From positions 124,001 through 188,000 of the forward strand of contig JAHDYR010000004.1 of assembly GCA_019828565.1 (NCBI GenBank): a stretch of 64,000 nucleotides of DNA, read 5' to 3'. Under the pieces are notes generated by a model that worked only from the letters and a program-made list of their open reading frames with translations, had not been told where the DNA came from and did not search any database. This stretch comes from Carpediemonas membranifera BICM (taxonomy: Eukaryota > Protista > Fornicata). The position numbers and the translations under genes were made by a program. Positions 1 to 14,393 of the stretch are shown piece after piece (within the stretch, counting starts at the first letter, position 1; the number at the start of each line of letters is the position of its first letter).

Positions 1-3000
1 CATGCGAGGATGGCTGAAGTGCATCCAGACGATGAAGGGTCACACCGCTGAGGTGCTCAGCGTCGCCTTCCTCCCTGACGGCACCATGGTCACTGGGTCA
101 TGGGATGGGACGACCAAGCTGTGGGACAAGCGCGGCGCCTGCAAGATGACGATGGAGCATGGTGGGAAGGTTCGGTGCATCGCCGTCTCCCCGGACGGGT
201 CGACCATCGCCTCGGGCGGTGATGACCACAAAGATCAAGCTGTGGGACCAGTCCGGCAGACTCGTCAAGACGCTCGAGGGACACACAAAATAATGTGTGG
301 AGCCTCGCCTTCTCCCCAGACGGCAAGACGCTGGTGTCCGGATCCGATGACAAGACAGTCAGGTCGTGGGACGTCGCCACCGGCGTGTGCAGGACGATGG
401 AAGGGCACTCAGATTTGGTGCTCTCCGTCGCCATCTCCCCTGACGGCAAGACCATCGTCTCTGGATCAAAGGACAAGACAATCCAAGGTGTGGGTCGCTG
501 GAGTCGGGCAGACTCGAGCAGACTCTGGAGGGCCACACGAATTCTGTCTTCTCCCGTCGCCATCTCCCCGGACGGCGCTCTGCTGGCCTCTGGGTCGTGG
601 GACAGCACCATCAGACTCTGGGACACCCAGGACCTGGGAGTGCGTCGCCGTCCTCAGGGGGCACACGCACTTGTCTTCAGCGTCGCCTTCTCGCCCGACG
701 GCAGGGACCCTCGCCTCTGGGTCTGGTGACAACACCAAGCTCTGGAGCATCGCTAGCGGCAGAGTGCTTCGCTACGCTCAGGGGTCATGCCGATAAGGTG
801 TGGAGCGTCGCCTTCTCCCCAGACAGGGTCGACCCTGCTCTCTGGATCTGACGACAAAACCGCCAAGCAGTGGTCCCTTGGTCGCTCTCCCGAGCTCACC
901 GCCCTCGACCAGACCCTCGCCGAGGCCTGTCCCGGCCGCGGCCATCGTCCGCCTCGAGGGGCACCGTCGCCGACCTCACCCGCGTCCTCGACCACCTCTC
1001 GGCGCGGCCCAGAGGAGTTCAGCATGAGGCTGACTGAGGCCCGACCTCACTGTCACGATGAGGGTATGGCAAGCTGGCCGCCGACAAGCCCGGCAGCGCC
1101 ATCGACGATCTGCTCGCTGCCTGGAATGCGAGGATGGCTGAGTGCATCCACACGATGAAGGGTCACACCAACTGGGTGTTCAGCGTCGCCTTCCTCCCTG
1201 ACGGCGCCATGGTCACTGGGTCATGGGATGGGACGACCAAGCTGTGGGACAAGCGCGGCGTGTGCCAAGATGACGATGGAGCATGGCGGGTCTGTTCGGT
1301 GCATCGCCGTCTCCCCGGACGGGTCGACCATCGCCTCGGGCGGTGATGACCACAAGATCAAGCTGTGGGACCAGACCGGCAGACTCGTCAAGACGCTCGA
1401 GGGGCACACCAATGATGTGAGAAGCGTCGCTTTCTCCCGAGACGGCAAGACGCTGGTGTCCGGATCCGATGACAAGACAGTCAGGACGTGGGACGTCGCC
1501 ACCGGCGAAGTGCAGGACGATGGAAGGGGCACTCCCATTTGGTGCTCTCCGTCGCCATCTCCCCTGACAGCAAGACCATCGTCTCTGGATCAAAGGACAA
1601 GACAATCAAGGTGTGGGTCGCTGAGTCGGGCAGACTCGAGGCAGACTCTGGAGGGCCACACGAATTCTGTCTTCTCCGTCGCCATCTCCCCGGACGGCGC
1701 TCTGCTGGCCTCTGGGTCTGGCGACAACACCATCAGACTCTGGGACACCCAGGACCTGGGAGTGCGTCGCCGTCCTCAGGGGGCACGCGAGTTCTAGCAG
1801 TGTCGCCTTCTCGCCCGACGGCAGGACCCTCGCCTCTGGGTCTGGTGACAACACGCAAGCTCTGGAGCATCGCTAGCGGCGGAGTGCTTCGAGACGCTCA
1901 GGGGGCCATGACGATTGGGTCCCGCTGCGTCGCCTTCTCCCCGGACGGGTCGACCCTGCTCTCTGGATCTGACGACAAAACCGCCAAGTAGTGGTCCCTT
2001 GGTCGCTCTCCCCGAGCTCACCGCCCTCGACCAGACCCTCGCCGAGCCTGTCCCGGCCGCGGCCATCGTCCGCCTCGAGGGGCACCGTCGCCGACCTCAC
2101 CCGCGTCCTCGACCACCTCTCGGCGCGGCCCCGAGAGTTCAGCATGAGGGCTGACTGAGCCCGACCTCACTGTCACGATGAGGTATGGCAAGCTGGCCGC
2201 CGACAAGCCCGACAGCGCCGTCGACGCCATGCTCGCTGCCTGGCATGCGAGGATGGCTGAGTGCATCCACACGATGAAGGGTCACACCGATGACGTGACC
2301 AGCGTAGCCTTCCTCCCCTGACGGCGCCATGGTCGCTGGGTCATGGGATGGGACGACCAAGCTGTGGGACAAGCGCGGCGTGTGCACGACGATGGAGCAT
2401 GGCGGGTCTGTTCGGTGCATCGCCGTCTCCCCGGACGGGTCGACCATCGCCTCGGGCGGTGATGACCACAAGATCAAGCTGTGGAGGCGCGGCAGACTCG
2501 TCAAGACGCTCGAGGGGCACACCAGGGATGTGAAGCGTCGCCTTCTCCCCAGACGGCAAGACGCTGGTGTCCGGATCCGATGACAAGACAGTCAGGTCGT
2601 GGGACGTCGCCACCGGCGTGTGCAGGACGATGGAAGGGGCACTCAGATTTGGTGCTCTCCGTCGCCATCTCCCCTGACGGCAAGACCATCGTCTCTGGAT
2701 CAAGGACAAGACAATCAAGGTGTGGGACGCTGGAGTCGGGCAGACTCGAGCAGACTCTGGAGGGCCACACGAGTTATCTCGCCACAGTCGCCATCTCCCC
2801 GGACGGCGCTCTGCTGGCCTCTGGGTCGTGGGACAGCACCATCAGACTCTGGGACACCAGGACCTGGGAGTGCGTCGCCGTCCTCAGGGGGCACACGCAC
2901 TTTGTCTTCAGCGTCGCCTTCTCGCCCGACGGCAGGACCCTCGCCTCTGGGTCTGGTGACAACACCATCAAGTTCTGGAGCATCGACAGCGGCGAGTGCT

Positions 3001-6000
3001 TCAAAAGCAGCTCAGAGGTCACACAGATTGGGCGAACAGTGTCGTCTTCTCTCCCAGACGGGTCGACCCTGCTCTCTGGGTCAAGGACAACACCGCCAAG
3101 CAGTGGCCCTCCATCAAGTCGCCAGAGATCGGGGAGGTCTGCGCCCAGCCCACACTCGGCGCCGACATCCGCCTGCCGTCCGACGACTCGCCCCTCTACC
3201 TCGCCGACCTGGCGCGGGTCGTCATCCACATCCTCGCCACGGGCCTGCCCCGCTCCTTCAAGATGAGGCTGGCCTTCCCTCCCGCGACAATCACGTTGGA
3301 CAAGAACAGGTATTTCCAAGACGAGGCGCCGATAATTCTGAGGCTGACAGAGCTGATCAAATCTTTCAACACCCACATATCTCAGCGTATGGCCGAGAAG
3401 ATCCTCCGCGAGCTTTCAGCTGTCGTGAATACGATCACCGCCGACTCGGCTCCGGAGTCCCTGCGCGCCTTAGTGCGTCGTCTCGACCAATACAAAGAGC
3501 ACCGCGAGATGCAGCTGGGGATGGGCCCCGTTCGTCTGCCGTGCGTGACCCTGTTCTGCGGAGGCACCTCGCCGTGGCCGCGTTTGCCCAAGACTTCCTT
3601 GACCTCGTCGACGGGGGCATGAGCCCAAAGATCGCTGTCACCGCTCTGAAAACACTCCGACGGTGCCACACCCGCCGACTATCACGACGCTTCGGAGCTC
3701 GTGCAGACCGCCATCGACGCGTTCATCGCCCAGCCGACGTCCCAGCACGCCGAGCGTATTCCCACGAGCTACACCCACGCCGGCCTGATTCGCGCGCTGG
3801 CGTACACGAAGGAGTACATGGAGGACGCCGAGGAGGAGCTCGCCGAGTACCTGGCGGCCGTCCCCGAGCCTGACCCCCTCGCCATCCTCGTCGAGGCCCG
3901 GATCCGCGGGTCAGCCCCCCTCACGCGGTTCTTCTGCGAGACATTCCCGCAGCTGGCAGAGATTCGCGACGGCCGATGAGCGGTCAACCGACGACAACGA
4001 AGCCGAGCCTCAGCCGCAGCCGGAGTCAGAGGACGACCGCATCCAGCAGGCCTGGGAGCAGTACGGCATGGCCAGCGCCGCGATGGACGAGCTGCTAGCG
4101 ATGAGCGGCATGCGCGCGCTGAAGAGGGAGTGCATCGACATCGCTCAGCAGATCCGCGTCCGCAACGACCCGCGCACTGCGCAGCTCTACGCCGCCACGC
4201 CGATGCAGCTCAACTTCATCCTCAGCGGCAACCCTGGCACGGGCAAGAGCACGTGCGCTAAAGCTGATCCACCGCTTCCTGGCGGACATCGGCGCTCGCG
4301 ATGACACGTTCACCGAGCGCAACGGCGGCACCCTCGCCGACACGTCGCCGCTGGACATCACGAAGGAGTTGGACAGCCTCTTCCCGGCCGGCTTCAGGGG
4401 CACCGTCTTCATCGACGAGGCCTACCAGCTGAACCCCGCCCAGAAGAAGTCGGGCAAGTCAGTCATGGACCGCATCCTGGACGTGGCCGAGACGCGCCGC
4501 GGCGACGTCACGATCATCCTGGCAGGCTACAAGGACGACATGAAGGACCTGCTGGCGACGAGACCCGGGTCTGAACAGCCGCTTCTCGCGCCAGTTCGTG
4601 CTCGAGGACTTCGACAAGGACACGCTGCAGGAGATGTTCACCCAGCTGGCGACCAAGCAGGGCTGGTCCCTCGCCCCGGCAGTTGCCGAGATCGCTGGCC
4701 GTCGCCTCGAGGCGCTTCAAGTCGCGCGACACCTTCGCCAACGGCCGCACCGTCCGCAACATGTTCAGCCAGGCCATCGAGGCTGCGGCCAAGCGCCTCA
4801 TCTTGGGCGGCGAGCACATGCTGCTGCCCGAGGACATCCTCGGACCAGCGCCATCGGCCGACTCGAACCCCGAGCTGCGCCGTCTCCTGGCCGAGCTGGA
4901 CGGCTTGACCGGGCTTGGCGAGGTGAAGGAGGCTGTCCGGGGTCTGCTTCAGACGGCGAAGGTCAACTACGACAACGAGCTCCACCTCCGCCCGCTGCAC
5001 GCCTTCGCACTCAACCGCCTCTTCTTCCGGAAACCCTGGGACGGGCAAGACGACCGTCGCACGCCTGTACGGCCAGATCTTGAAGCACACGGGCCTGCTC
5101 AGCAGCGGCGAGGTCATCGAGAAGCGGCCCAGCGACCTGGTCGGCGACGCCGTGGGGGCAGAGCCGGTCGAGAACGAAAGGCCGCGATCGAGGAGCGCGC
5201 GGCAAAGGTGCTGCTCATCGACGAGTGCTACTCCCTCGACGACGGCGTGTACGGCAAGGAGGCGCTTGACACGATCGTTGAGCGCGTGCACAACAAGCCC
5301 GGCGACGACATCGCGGTGCTCATGCTCGGCTACGAGGAGCCCATCCGCCGCATGCTGCGCAACCAGAACGCGGGGCTGGCGAGCCGCTTCGACCCCGAGC
5401 GCGTTCATCTTTGCCGACTTCGACGACACCGCGCTCGAGGGCCATCCTGAAGCACGCCATCGCCGAAAGCGGCCTCGCGTGCCGCAGAGCTGTCGTTGTC
5501 AGCGCGATACAGCTGCTGGCCAAGGAGCGCGTCAAGCCCAACTTTGGCAACGCCCGCGCTGTGGTCAACCTCGTGAACAAGGCGAAGCGCCACATGATCC
5601 AGCGCGATCAACCTCGCGAAAGATCGCAGTTGCTGATCTCACGCAGGCTGACGACAGCAAGGACCCGTTCGAGCCGCTCGACGGCCTGTACAAAGTCAAC
5701 CACATCCGGCAGAGGCTCGAGGGACCTCGTCCGTATCAAGCAGGGCATGGAGCGGAACGGCAAGTCAGCCGCCTCAATGCTGGTCCGCAACTACGTCTTC
5801 TCGGGCTCCCCGGGCACAGGCAAGACGACCATCGCGCGGTGCATGGCCAAGATCCTCTACCGCCTGGGTGTGCTGGCAACCGACACGTGCAAGGAGGTCG
5901 TCGCACGCGACATGATGGCAAGAGCTACGTGGGGCAGACGCCGGGCCGAGTCAAGGAGCTGATGGACGAGGCGGTCGGCGGCGTCTTCTTCGTGGACGAG

Positions 6001-6797
6001 GCTTACGGCCTTGGAGAGGGCATGTTCGGCAAGGAGGCGATCGAGACGATGCTCAGCGAGATGACGTCGGACAAGCACAAGGGCAAGACCGTCGTCGTCC
6101 TGGCGGGCTACCGCGCCGATCTCGACCGCATGATGGACGTCAACGCCGGCGTCCGCTCGCGCTTCACCGAGCCGATCGACTTCCCCGACTGGTCGGCGGC
6201 CGACTGCACCAGCTTCATCGCGGGCAAGCTCGAGGGGAGCACCTCAAGTTCGGCTCAAACAGGCAAGGCCGCTCTGCGCAGCCACATCGAGGCCGTTGTT
6301 GGCCGGGCTTCCTGGGCCAACGCACGAGACGCCAACACGATCTTCGAGGACCTGCTACGCCAGCAGGGCGATCCGCGCCGCTTCGGTCGTCGAGGCTGAA
6401 CCTTCGATCGCGGCCGATGACGTCGACGCCGCCATGGTCCGAGTGCAAGCCCGGAACCACGCCCTGAGAGCGCCAGCCTGCCGCATCTCGTCGAGGAGCA
6501 GCCAGTCGCCCTCGCCACCGACAGCGAGGTCCAGCCCAGACGCGAGACGCGGCAGGACGTCAGAGTTGAGCAAGTCGAGGAAGTCGGCAGAGACTGTCGA
6601 TGTGGTGACTCGCGTTGAAGCGCGACGAGGGCGTAACTCGGCGAGATCTGGGAGGAGCTGGAGCTGGCCAAGCGCGAGGAGCAGCGCCGTCAGGGAGGGA
6701 GGAGGAGCGGCGTCTGCGAGAGATCGAGGAACAACTCAAGCGTGAGAAAGAGGAGAAGGCGCGCCGCGAGCTCCGAGGCGCCAGGAAACAGGGAGGC

Positions 6798-6854
6798 TGA
6801 GAGCCAGTGCAGTTTATGTAAACAGATCTACCTGCGCAAGCCAACAATGGCACA
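6798..6854 (+). repeat. 5' LTR (57 bp), copy 1
   Basis: TGAGAGCCAG...AATGGCACA, identical to 36003-36059; preceded by AGGC. Confidence 0.9.
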
Positions 6855-9800
6855 ATATCGATATTCTGCTTCTACAGAATCACACAGTGGTCTATCCGTG
6901 ATAGACGTCTCTTCCCTCACAACGGGGTACGAGATCTGGTTACGGGAAGTCGGTAACGTCAAAAGACCCCGTTCTTTCCCCACGCATTCACGGCAAAGAC
7001 CCTCGAGCTTCTACAAGCCACATGGCGGCCCACCTCCACGTTCCCGACCTTCCGAGTCGTTCTGGGACTCCCTTATCCCTGACGTGGTCTCGCAGGCACA
7101 TACGCCAAGCAAGAACCTGACAGACACGCCACGTCGTGCCGCGCAAAGATACCGCGCGATCATCGACGCTCTGCAGGACGATCTCTTCTTGCTCTGTGCT
7201 GCAGCCGCCAAGCACCTATAAGGACAGCCCGCTTCTCGACCCGGCGATGCGCCGGATGCAGAGCTATTTACGACCGCGCCGAGGCCGAGCTGAACGATAA
7301 GCTCGCCAGCCTCTGCACGGCCAGCCACGACCGCCACGAGGGCGGACCCGGATGCGACCCTCACCTTCGCGACGCTAACGAACCCCCTGGACGACAAACC
7401 GGCCCGATCGGCCGCGGATGTCGCGAGAATCATCAACTCTCTCCCGTCAGCGGCAGCGGCCGCCCCCTCCGCCCCGTGTCCGTGCGTGACCAGCTTCGCG
7501 CCGAGGCCAGGACCATCCTGCCTCACCTGTACCTTACCCTGATGCCAACACTCGACCGCGGTGCACGCCTCAAGGCCATCACAAGCAAGAGCGCACCAGC
7601 TGTACGGCCAGAACGCGGCCCACCGCCTTAACACTCTGCGCCTGCAGAAGGCGTGCGACAGGGTACAACCCGTCGTCGAGGCCGATGGCTACCATAAGAT
7701 CCCCGACAGCGCCCTCCGCGCTGCAGTCCGAACTGTCCGCCCTCCAAAGGGGATACGACGACGACGCGATCCCGCTATACGAGGCGCTGATCGAGGCGGG
7801 ATTCGGACGGCAGCTGGCGTCCCGCCCGCGACTGCATGAACACCCTCTCGACCCTCGAGACCGACCATCTCGGCCAGATCGTCGTCCCCAATGGCGCGAG
7901 TCGGACCTCCGCGCCTGTTCGCCGCGGACGACCGCGTTATCTCCGTGGGCAAGATCGCCACCATGTCCATCACTCCCTGGCATGGATGGCCGAAAACCGT
8001 CACGCTCGACTGGGACGTCCACATGATCACAGGGCACCAGCGACAGGATGCTGATCGGCAAGGACCTCCTCCAGGCACATCGGCTGCGTCCTCAGCGACC
8101 GCCTACTGATACTCCCGTCCGAGAAGCCGGATGATAAAGGACGATCTAGAAGAGCACAACATGATCGACGCCGACGTCTTCGAAGCGGCGTCAGCCTCGG
8201 ACTCGAAGCATTCGCTCGCCGTCACGATCCCCGGACGACCACGGCACCGAGTTCGCCAACAAGGTCCGAAGCATCGTCGAGGAGTTCGATGAGGTGTTCG
8301 ACCCAGCTCTCCCGCCCGAAGGCAGCAAACTACAGCCTCACAAGATCGAACTCACACGCGATTTTTCACCTCAAGTGCCGTCCTCGACAGCTTGTCGGAG
8401 AGGCTGGCTCAAACCGCCCTCTCCGAGATCGAGAAGATGAAGAAGCTCGGCATCATACGAGGACAGCCAGTCCGAGCACGCCAGCCGCCTACGATGGCAG
8501 CCAAGGAAAAGAACGGCGAACCCGCTTCTGCGTCGCATTCAACGATCTTAACGACGCCACGAAGGACGACGCCTTTCCCTCCCCGATCTGAGGGACCTGC
8601 CCCACGAAGCCGGCGGATGCTCTTACTTTGCATCACTCGATCTCCGGTCCGGATACTGGCAGCAGCTGATGGAGCCGGCCAGCATCCCCTTACCTCGTTC
8701 GTAGTCCCCGGGCGCAATTCCGAGTTCCTCAGGGTCCGTTTGGACTTAAGAACGCCCCCTCAAGTTTCAACGAGCGATGGAGGCCGTGCTAGATGGCATC
8801 CCCGGCCACCGGGTCTACGTGGATGACATGATTCCTCTACGCACGGACCGAAGAAGGATTCCTCAACGCCCTGAGACTCACCCTCCAGAGAGCCAAGGAC
8901 AACCGCCTGCGCCTCCGTGCGGATGGAAAATGTACCATCGGCGCCGCCGAAGTGGAGGTCTGCGGTTCATCATCAACAGCTCCGGCCGCTCAGGTGAGCC
9001 CAGGCCGCGTCGCCGCGCTGGAAGGAGCTGCCCGCCCCACCACCGTCACAGAGCTCAGACGCACGATGGGCCGAGTTTAACCACCTCGCAAACTACGCTC
9101 CCACCAGCTCAGCTCCAGCCACAGCCCCCTCAGCGCCCTCCTCAGGGGTCACCCAGAAGCTAGACAAGCTCCCTTGGACTGAGGAACACGACAAGGCATT
9201 CGCGGCTCTGAAGGGCTGTGCACCGACAACAAGGCATTGGCACTGCAACCTGACCTGCAAGTGGACACCGCGAGACGGGCGCGTCCACAATCGCAGCCGG
9301 CGGAGTGCTGTGGCAGCACGAGGGCGACACGAAGAAACCCTCGCGTGCTTCTCAAGAAGACGTTCACGAGGACCAACGCCGCTGGGCGACGGTCGAGCAA
9401 GAGCTCTACGCAGTCATATACTGCATCACCCGGCCAGAGTTTAGCCAGATTCTCAAGCTGGAAGCCATTCACCGTACTCACGAGATCCACAGAACATCGT
9501 GTGGATGATTCGCAAGGCTGAGGAAGGGACGCGCAAGCTCACGCGATGGAGACTCATCCTATCCGAGTACCCCTTCGACATCATGCATATCGCAGGGGAC
9601 AAATAACGTCGTCGCGGACGCCCTCTCTCCCGACCCAGCGGCGCGGCGATCAGCGAAATCGCCAGCAGCACCCACCGCTTCGACATTCAGCAGGCCCACG
9701 CTGGAGCCAACGGCCATGCTTCGATCAAACAAACGATCGCCCATCTCAAGGAAGCCGGCAAGACCTGGTCTTCCCATGAACTCAGACGTCGCGGAGCACG

Positions 9801-11041
9801 TCGCGACTTACCCAGTCTGCCAGAAGCTCAAATCCACCCCCATCGCCAAGGCCCAGTGGCACTACGACCCAGAAGACCCGCCCATTCGAGGCGGTGCAGA
9901 TGACACGCTCGGCCCGCTTCCGAAAGACGAATGGCCTCGCTCACGTGATCGTGTTCATCGACGTCTTCAGCAGAGTTCACTGTGCTCAAGCCGGTTCGCG
10001 TCAACCTCGGCAGAAGAAGCCGCCGACGCGATGCTCCAGGTGTGGTCGCTCTTCGCGCACCCAGCCTGATCCAGACAGACCAGGGAGAGTCAGTTCAGAA
10101 CTCAACCATCGCCGCTCTCAACAAGAAGATCAGCCTGAACCACAGGTTCTCCACGGCGTACCACCCACAGAGTAACGGCGTTGTCGAGAGTCAATGGGAC
10201 CCATCATGCGCAGACTGCGCGCCTGCTACTAGGCTCAGAAACGACCGACTGGCCCGCACTTATCCCAATCGTACAGCACATTATCAACGCACTTCCGACA
10301 CACTCGGCCTACCGGCTTCCGCCGTTCGAGGCTGCTTTCGGACCACGTCCGTCGCGCTCACGGCCCTCCCGGAGTCACGCATCATCAGCGCCGCCAAAGG
10401 CGACCTGGTACACCTACCATCCAGGCCATTAACGCATTTCCACACCGACATACAGGCCATGCACGACGCAGCCCGCGCGAAGATCGCCGCATACAGAGCG
10501 TCACAAGGCCGCACAAAACCCAACCGGCGGACAGCTTCGACTGGAAACTCCGAACGCCTGAGTGCTCCTGAGATATCCCTCGCCCGAGGCCCCATCCAAG
10601 ATTCTGCCTCCAGTCCGCGGCCCGCTACAACTCCTCAGGGAAGGGAAGAGCCCCACACATTCGTCCTCCGTGACCTCGTCACCAAAGGGTCGAGCTGCGT
10701 CGTCCACCAGGGACCGCCTCGTTCGCTTCGACCCAGGCAGCAGCAGACCTCAAGACACTCGAGCGCATCGCCGCATACGAACAAGACGAACAACAAGTCT
10801 CCGCGCATCGTCGGCCACCGCGAGCGCAACCGACGCCTCGAGGCTCCTCGTCCACTGGGAAGGCCTAGAAGACTCCGAGGACTCGTACATTCCGTATAAC
10901 GCATGTACGACCGCCTCGCCGCCCTGGATGACTGACCTACGCCTCAGCCCCAGGTCTCACGCCCCTCTTCGCACGTTACGAGCGGAAGTTCCGAGGGCAA
11001 TGGCCGCCGTTAGCTGGCTAGCTTCGCCTTGAGGAGGGAAG

Positions 11042-11101
11042 TGAGAGCCGAGTGCGGTTTATGTAAACAGGAGTCTACCTGCGCAAGCCAACAATGGCAC
11101 A
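11042..11101 (+). repeat. 3' LTR, copy 1 (a few probable read errors)
   Basis: Matches the 57-bp LTR with three extra bases and one substitution; preceded by purine tract GAGGAGGGAAG and followed by AGGC. Confidence 0.85.
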
Positions 11102-11644
11102 AGGCTGAGGAGAGGCGCCGGAAAGAAGAGGAGGCTCGTCGTCTGCGGGGAGATCGAACAACTCAAGCGTGAGAAAGAGGAGAAGCGCGCCGTGAGGCTC
11201 GGCGAGCGCCAGCAGCGGAGGCCGAGGAGAGGCGCCGGAAGGAGGCGGCCATTCAGCAGAGACTGAGGCAGATCGGGCGGTGCCCCGTTGGATTCGAGGT
11301 GGATCAAGGTCGGCGGCGGGTTACCGGTGGTGCTGGCGGCAGCCGCCGTCGAGAGCGACGCCGAAGTGTTTGTCTGAGTAGTAAAGATTCCAAGCAGGCG
11401 ATCCCAGACCGCACGCTCGGCTAGATCGGTAAAGTGATTGATGGGCAGACACGCTCTCCCGGGGCCTGTCGCTGGTCTCGTTGACTCGCCTCAATGTCGA
11501 CCTCATCTCATGAGGTGGCATCATCGCGGATTCCATCGGCTGGGCCAGAGTCGCATCCGAAGATGTCGAGAAAGACTGGCGAGGGTAATGGCCGAATGTC
11601 AGACCAGTGGTAGTTGGCTCAGCATTTACACCCGCCCCGACCCA

Positions 11645-13343
11645 TCACCAGTCCTCCTCCGTCACAGGCCCGGGCTGGACTCCCGTCGCCCGCCTGAACG
11701 CGGCCGTCTCCCCACATCGCCCTCATCGGGGCGGTGACCATCTCAGGGCCGACGAGCCCGAGCTCCTCGTGCGTGTTGCGGCCCAGGGCGCACCAGCCGA
11801 AGGCTGTGGCCAGCTCCAGTGAGCGGTCGTTCGAGTCTGCCCCGGACGGCCGTGACGACCTCAGGGGAAGTCCCACTCGACGTACTCCTCTCGTTGTGGA
11901 CGAAGATGCCGTAGGACCCGCTGTCCGTCCGCCCGCACGAACACCGCAGGAACTCGCTATCGAAGTCGTAGTGCAGGAAGGCGCGGCGCACCTGCCAGGA
12001 AGCGTGACCGGGAACGGCGTGGCGCTCTCCAGAGTGGATGTTAAGGTAGGGGCGAAGCCACGCCTGACCGAGCCAGCGTAGGTGCAGCCCGCGGTCGAGT
12101 CGCGGCGAATGCCGTAAACTGCTCGTGGAACCAAAATGCAGTCGACTGGGAAAGGAAGCCAGGCGAACGTGCGTACGGGTGCAGTGTGGCTGAGCCGAGC
12201 TGGCCGAAGCCGTTGTACCCGACAGTCAAATGCCGGGTCCCACGGACCAGCGCGGTCTGGCGAAGCTGCTATACAGGGCAGTGGGCATAAAGTCGACGGG
12301 CAGAGCGACAGGGGTGAAGTCCTGGATGAACCGGATCAGCGGCCCGACCCCGAGGGAGCCGTGAATGTTGCTGCCGCGAGGCCACCACGCCCCGCAGGGG
12401 TGACAATAAAGCGTGTGTAGCGCTTCCCAGGAGAGCTAACGGCGAGGTCGGCCTCGCGCCAGTGAGGCAGCAGGGTCTGCTCGAACTTCGCGATGCGGGG
12501 TGCGGTCTCAAACGTCACGCGGGCAGGGGGTGATTCGTGTGTGACCCACGTCCACAAGCCCGCTCGTCGTCTACGGCGTCCCCATTTGAACACCCGTGTG
12601 CCGTCTCAGCGACCATGCAGTGGAAGACGTGCAGGGCAATGACAGGGGGGGGCAGGCGTACTCTGGTGAGCGGCTCGGGGTCCAGTGGCTGGGCTCGTTC
12701 GTTCTTGGCACAAACCTGCGCGAAGGAGTCGAGCGGCGTAGTGGGTGTATTCAATCGAGAGTCAAGCCGCTTTCAGATTCCTCGGTCACACGACCTGCAG
12801 TCTTACAGGCCTCATTCCATGTGAAGAAAAGCTTCTTGCAGAGGAACCAGAGCTCAGGGGCGTTGGGGCCGAGGGCTGGAGCCCATGCCCGCCCCGGCCT
12901 GCATTAGTGTGAGACCAGATAGTACCCTGGGGGAGGGGTGTATATGCGGTCGGGGAGCTGCCTCGTTGGGCTTAGGGGGATGTTCATGCTCAAGCGTGGA
13001 TCATTTTGCAAAATTGACATGATTCGATGGATGATCAGTTGAGCGTTTTCTCGTTATTGAAACGCAAGAGTGAGAGAGCATCGGTGAGATGTTCAATAGT
13101 CTCGATTTCTTTGGGAAAAGGCTGTTCTACGCTGATTAGTTCGCCTAAACCAAATGCACGATCCAACAGGCGAGGAATATCTCGGGATATGCGCAGTAAT
13201 GCGCCATGTGCTTCTTTCAGTATCGTATTCATCTGCCGCAGTATGTGGTATCGTGCGCAGGCGTAGTTTTTTGCATGATGAATGTTGATCAGGCTCGTGG
13301 CGGCAACTGTGCCGAGTTCTGATCCAAAAGAAAAAGTGCTCAT
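11645..13343 (-). CDS. RCC1/BLIP-II-like repeat protein, copy 1 (frameshifted in this assembly)
   Basis: Fragments GYNGFGQLG, GRNTHEELG and FAQVCAKNERAQPLDPEPLTRVRLPP; twin of 40805-42483. Confidence 0.6.
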
Positions 13344-13530
13344 ACTCTTGTATTATCTCTTGATAACTAGCAGGTCAGCTGACAGCGTGTCTCTGTCCTT
13401 CCCTTCTCTTCTTCTACTTCTACTTTTTGAAGTCGACCTACCTCGTTTCTGACTGAACAAGAATAGATTCACCCGCAAATGAATGAATCATTCAGATCGC
13501 CCAATAAACCTCCAGTATACAAACACATCT

Positions 13531-14393
13531 TTACTCGGCGTTCCTGGCCTTAAGCTGGGCCGCCAGGGAGCTCTGGAGGGCGGCCATCCGCTGGGTCTGG
13601 CTGGCACCCGCCGCATCCCGGAGTTCACCCAGGACGTCCTTGGCCTTGCCGAAGTACACGGACTGCAGGCTGTTCCGCATCTGGTTCTCCATTGTCTCGA
13701 CCATCTTGCCCATGTTCACCACGTGGTCGTGCCAGCCAGAGCCTGCCTTGAGGTTGTTCTCCTCGCCTCTGGGTGTAGCCGCCGGCGAGGGCTCTTGAGG
13801 CCGGTAGCCGCTGGCGTTCATGGAGAAGCACGGTGGTAGCTCAGGGGCGGTAAGGCGAACTTATCGCCCTCGGGGACGACCTCGAAGACGTGGATGGAGT
13901 CCCACACACCCTGGTCCAGGCCGCGGTGGCCCCTCGCCGACCTTGTGGATGAATACGCCCATGGCAAAGGCCCCGTCCTCGGTGGCGGGGTCCCAGGCGT
14001 AGACGGAGCACACGCCGCTCTCGGCAGTACAGCTTCGTGAAGGTGGCGAAGATGTCGTTGGCCTCAACCTCGAGCTGGCGGAGGTTGTCCGGGGGAAGGA
14101 CGGCGTCCTCGAGCGGAGGCTCGTACTCGTTGGAGAAGGGCGAACGGTAGCTGTCAGCGTCGCGGTTATAGTCGCAGAGAACGAAATCACGGCCGGTCTT
14201 AGCGCACTTCTTCACCTGGAGGGGCTGATCGATGGATGTAAGCCAATCGTCGGTAAGATCCGGGCAAAGGCTGCACAGATGGCCGACCAGCTCCGGGATT
14301 TTGGTAGGGAGCGAGACGGCGAACAAAGGTCAAGACCTGCTTCGTACCTGTATAATCGCCATACTGCGAAACAAACTGCATATCTTCAGTCAT
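13531..14393 (-). CDS. CAPZB: F-actin capping protein beta subunit, copy 1 (29-nt intron 14348-14376)
   Basis: IDQPLQV...LCDYNRDADSYRSPFSNEY and HVVNMGKMVETMENQMRNSLQSVYFGKAKD are CapZ-beta signatures; indels split the ORF. Confidence 0.9.

Larger units (their letters stand above)
6798..11101 (+). mobile_element. Ty3/gypsy LTR retrotransposon with chromodomain, copy 1
   Basis: TG...CA LTRs at 6798-6854 and 11042-11101, AGGC target-site duplication, RT YVDD, RNase H, integrase and chromodomain fragments; indel-rich twin of 36003-40265. Confidence 0.9.
1..11377 (+). pseudogene. WD40-array / triple CbxX-SpoVK-like AAA+ ATPase gene, copy 1 (5' truncated by window; interrupted by retrotransposon 6798-11101)
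   Basis: Three WD40 cassettes starting MAECI at ~10, 1134 and 2253; Walker A GNPGTGKS (~4227) and GSPGTGKT (~5804); in-frame TAG at ~1988; C-terminal tail resumes after 11101 and ends at TGA 11375-11377; many indels. Confidence 0.8.
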
